From Candidatus Nomurabacteria bacterium (GTDB taxonomy: Bacteria; Patescibacteriota; Minisyncoccia; Phycocordibacterales; UBA9973), in contig JAPLXQ010000010.1 in assembly GCA_026395995.1 (NCBI GenBank), positions 218,179 through 282,178 of the forward strand: 64,000 bases of DNA, read 5' to 3'. Numbering within the stretch: the stretch's first letter is position 1; each line of letters opens with the position of its first letter. The notes under the pieces were generated by a model. It saw only the letters and a list, made by a program, of their open reading frames with translations. It did no database searches and had not been told where the DNA came from. Positions 62,279-64,000 of the stretch are shown in pieces. The position numbers and the translations under genes are program-made.

Positions 62279-62536
62279 ATGAATCCAGAAGAGAAACAAA
62301 TGTTGCAAGAAGCCTTAACCCTTTCTAGGGATAATAATTCTATTCTTCGTACAATGAGAAGAAATCAACGTTGGGCATCTGTGATGCGTGTTATTTACTG
62401 GGTCATAATCATAGGTATTTCTTATGGTGCATATGTTTACACACAGCCGTATTTAGACAAAGCTGCTACTCTTTTCAAATCTTCCCAAGCTCAGCTTGAT
62501 AGTTTGAAAGGTTTGAGCGATAAATTTAAATATTAG
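62279..62536 (+). CDS. Small single-TM hypothetical protein
   Basis: L.LSRDNNSILRTMRR followed by one TM. Confidence 0.65.
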   Translation: MNPEEKQMLQEALTLSRDNNSILRTMRRNQRWASVMRVIYWVIIIGISYGAYVYTQPYLDKAATLFKSSQAQLDSLKGLSDKFKY

Positions 62537-62595
62537 TTTTTAAGCCAAGATAGCTGTTTTAGTAAATAACGCAGAATTTTAAAATTAAATAATAA

Positions 62596-62668
62596 GCCAA
62601 GATAGCTCAGTTGGTAGAGCGCTCCCCTGAAGAGGGAGATGTCCCCAGTTCAAATCTGGGTCTTGGCA
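62596..62668 (+). tRNA. tRNA-Phe(GAA)
   Basis: GCCAAGA/TCTTGGC, CTCCC-CT-GAA-GA-GGGAG. Confidence 0.95.
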
Positions 62669-62707
62669 CACTAAAATAAAAAACCGCTTAGAGCGGTTTT
62701 TTATTTT

Positions 62708-63199
62708 TTATATAGATTTTACTTTTACGTTCTTTTTCTTTTCTTTATCTATTTTGGGAAGTTTGAGAGTGAGGAGTCCGTGGCGTTCTGTGGCTTCGGC
62801 ATCATCTGGTTCTACTTCAGCGGGCAGGGAAAGAGTTCTAGAAAAAGTACCCCAGTAGAGTTCTTTAGCAAAATAATTTTCTTCGTTGATAGTACGAGAT
62901 TCTTCTCTTTTACCACGAATAGTGATCATATCACGAGCAATTGTGATTTCTAGATCTTCAGGGCGCACACCAGCCACCATTGTCTGCACAATGATATCTG
63001 AAGGAGTTTGGTACACGTCGACAGTGAGCTCAGCCTCTTCGACTTCTTCTTCCATCCAAGCAGGAGCTTGGCCTGTTTTACCACCTTTACTTTGCACAGA
63101 GATTTTTTTTACATCTCGAGGACTTTCTTCTTCGACATATTCTTCTTCTACACCTCTACCTGTTAACCTTTCGAAAAATGATCTTTTTTTATTAAACAT
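62708..63199 (-). CDS. Hsp20/alpha-crystallin small heat-shock protein
   Basis: VDVYQT, AGVRPEDLEI, ELYWGTFSRTLSLP, HGLLTLKLPK. Confidence 0.93.
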   Translation of the reverse strand: MFNKKRSFFERLTGRGVEEEYVEEESPRDVKKISVQSKGGKTGQAPAWMEEEVEEAELTVDVYQTPSDIIVQTMVAGVRPEDLEITIARDMITIRGKREESRTINEENYFAKELYWGTFSRTLSLPAEVEPDDAEATERHGLLTLKLPKIDKEKKKNVKVKSI

Positions 63200-63202
63200 A
63201 AA

Positions 63203-63916
63203 TTAATTTATTTTTTTAAGACGAAATTTATATTCGTCGCTCATTCTTCTTAGTTTTTCAATAAGAAGAATATTTATAATAGTTACGACCCATAGAAAAC
63301 CAAAAACTTTTAAAAAATTATTACTACTATCCATTATAAAAAAATTAAAGGCACTATGCAAGGTGATAGCCATTAATATTCCAAAAATGAAATAAATTTT
63401 CTTTGCAAAATAGTTCATGTAGAAACATAGACCTAAAGAAATACCTATCAAGCCACTCGAAACAGCATGTAATAAAGTCGATCCTAGAAATCGTAATTGA
63501 GTAGTGAGTAGGTTTACAGTAGCATGATCTAGGGATAATGGTTTTACAAGGAAAAGAACATTTTCAAGGGCAGCAAATCCTAAAGCCCCTGTGATGAGAT
63601 AAATAGCCCAGTCTTTAGGTTCTTTGATTAAAGAGGTTCTACCTATAATTAGTAAAACAGCTATATATTTTATAATTTCTTCTGCTCCAGCCCAAGAAAT
63701 TATTTGATAAGTAGAATTAGAGACATGAGACTGAATAAATTGTTCTATTGGTAATACAAAAACAACTGAAATCATTCCTATAACAAAGCACATAAACAGA
63801 ACTCCTCGTGGCTCTGTTTTTTTCTCATCTTCACGTAACCAAAACCATAGCCAAACTAAAGCAGGTAAAATACCTGCTAAAATGGCGATTCCAAATGTTT
63901 TTGGGTTATTAATCAT
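63203..63916 (-). CDS. PrsW family intramembrane metalloprotease
   Basis: EP, EEIIK, ALGFAALEN, LLH, LHSAFN. Confidence 0.88.
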   Translation of the reverse strand: MINNPKTFGIAILAGILPALVWLWFWLREDEKKTEPRGVLFMCFVIGMISVVFVLPIEQFIQSHVSNSTYQIISWAGAEEIIKYIAVLLIIGRTSLIKEPKDWAIYLITGALGFAALENVLFLVKPLSLDHATVNLLTTQLRFLGSTLLHAVSSGLIGISLGLCFYMNYFAKKIYFIFGILMAITLHSAFNFFIMDSSNNFLKVFGFLWVVTIINILLIEKLRRMSDEYKFRLKKIN

Positions 63917-64000
63917 TATTTGGGTTTACCCTGAGCGTAGTCGAAGGGCCAGTTTTCAACTATTAAAAGATTTTTGTTTGGTATAGGTAGCATAGACCAA
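63916..64000 (-). CDS. Partial CDS (3' end) upstream of the prsW-like gene
   Basis: Open frame WSMLPIPNKNLLIVENWPFDYAQGKPK*; stop overlaps the next ATG. Confidence 0.45.
   Translation of the reverse strand, partial: WSMLPIPNKNLLIVENWPFDYAQGKPK

Overview
AT-rich bacterial chromosome segment read with genetic code 11 (TGA is used as a stop). Gene content (T4SS-type pilin array, DUF5679, leaderless genes without Shine-Dalgarno sites, tRNAs without encoded CCA) points to a Patescibacteria/Parcubacteria (CPR) genome; this assignment is inferred. It carries housekeeping genes (lexA, engB, hpf, fmt, def, hisS, lepB, pth, rpsA, gyrA, rbfA, infB, iscS, clpB, gdhA, rpmG, pepF, purA, prfB, ftsEX, pyrG, lepA), a pilin cluster, a MacAB-type exporter, a RAYT transposase with its own palindromes, and 13 tRNAs. 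The most unusual biology is centred on the tRNA genes. (1) Three LAGLIDADG-like endonuclease genes abut tRNA 5' ends, and two use tRNA bases 8-10 as their stop codon. (2) Three tRNAs have an upstream copy of their first 12 nt followed by GTTTTRGTA, and a fourth has an upstream 5' fragment split at the same position. (3) Two nucleotide-hydrolase genes sit behind tRNA-Trp, each closed by a 28-29 bp repeat resembling the tRNA 3' end. (4) tRNA-Asp is split by a 240-nt group I intron. (5) An unannotated ~175-nt structured RNA ends in a tRNA mimic with no anticodon arm. Small palindromic repeats also sit in frame inside essential proteins. All calls come from reading the sequence by eye; no searches were run.
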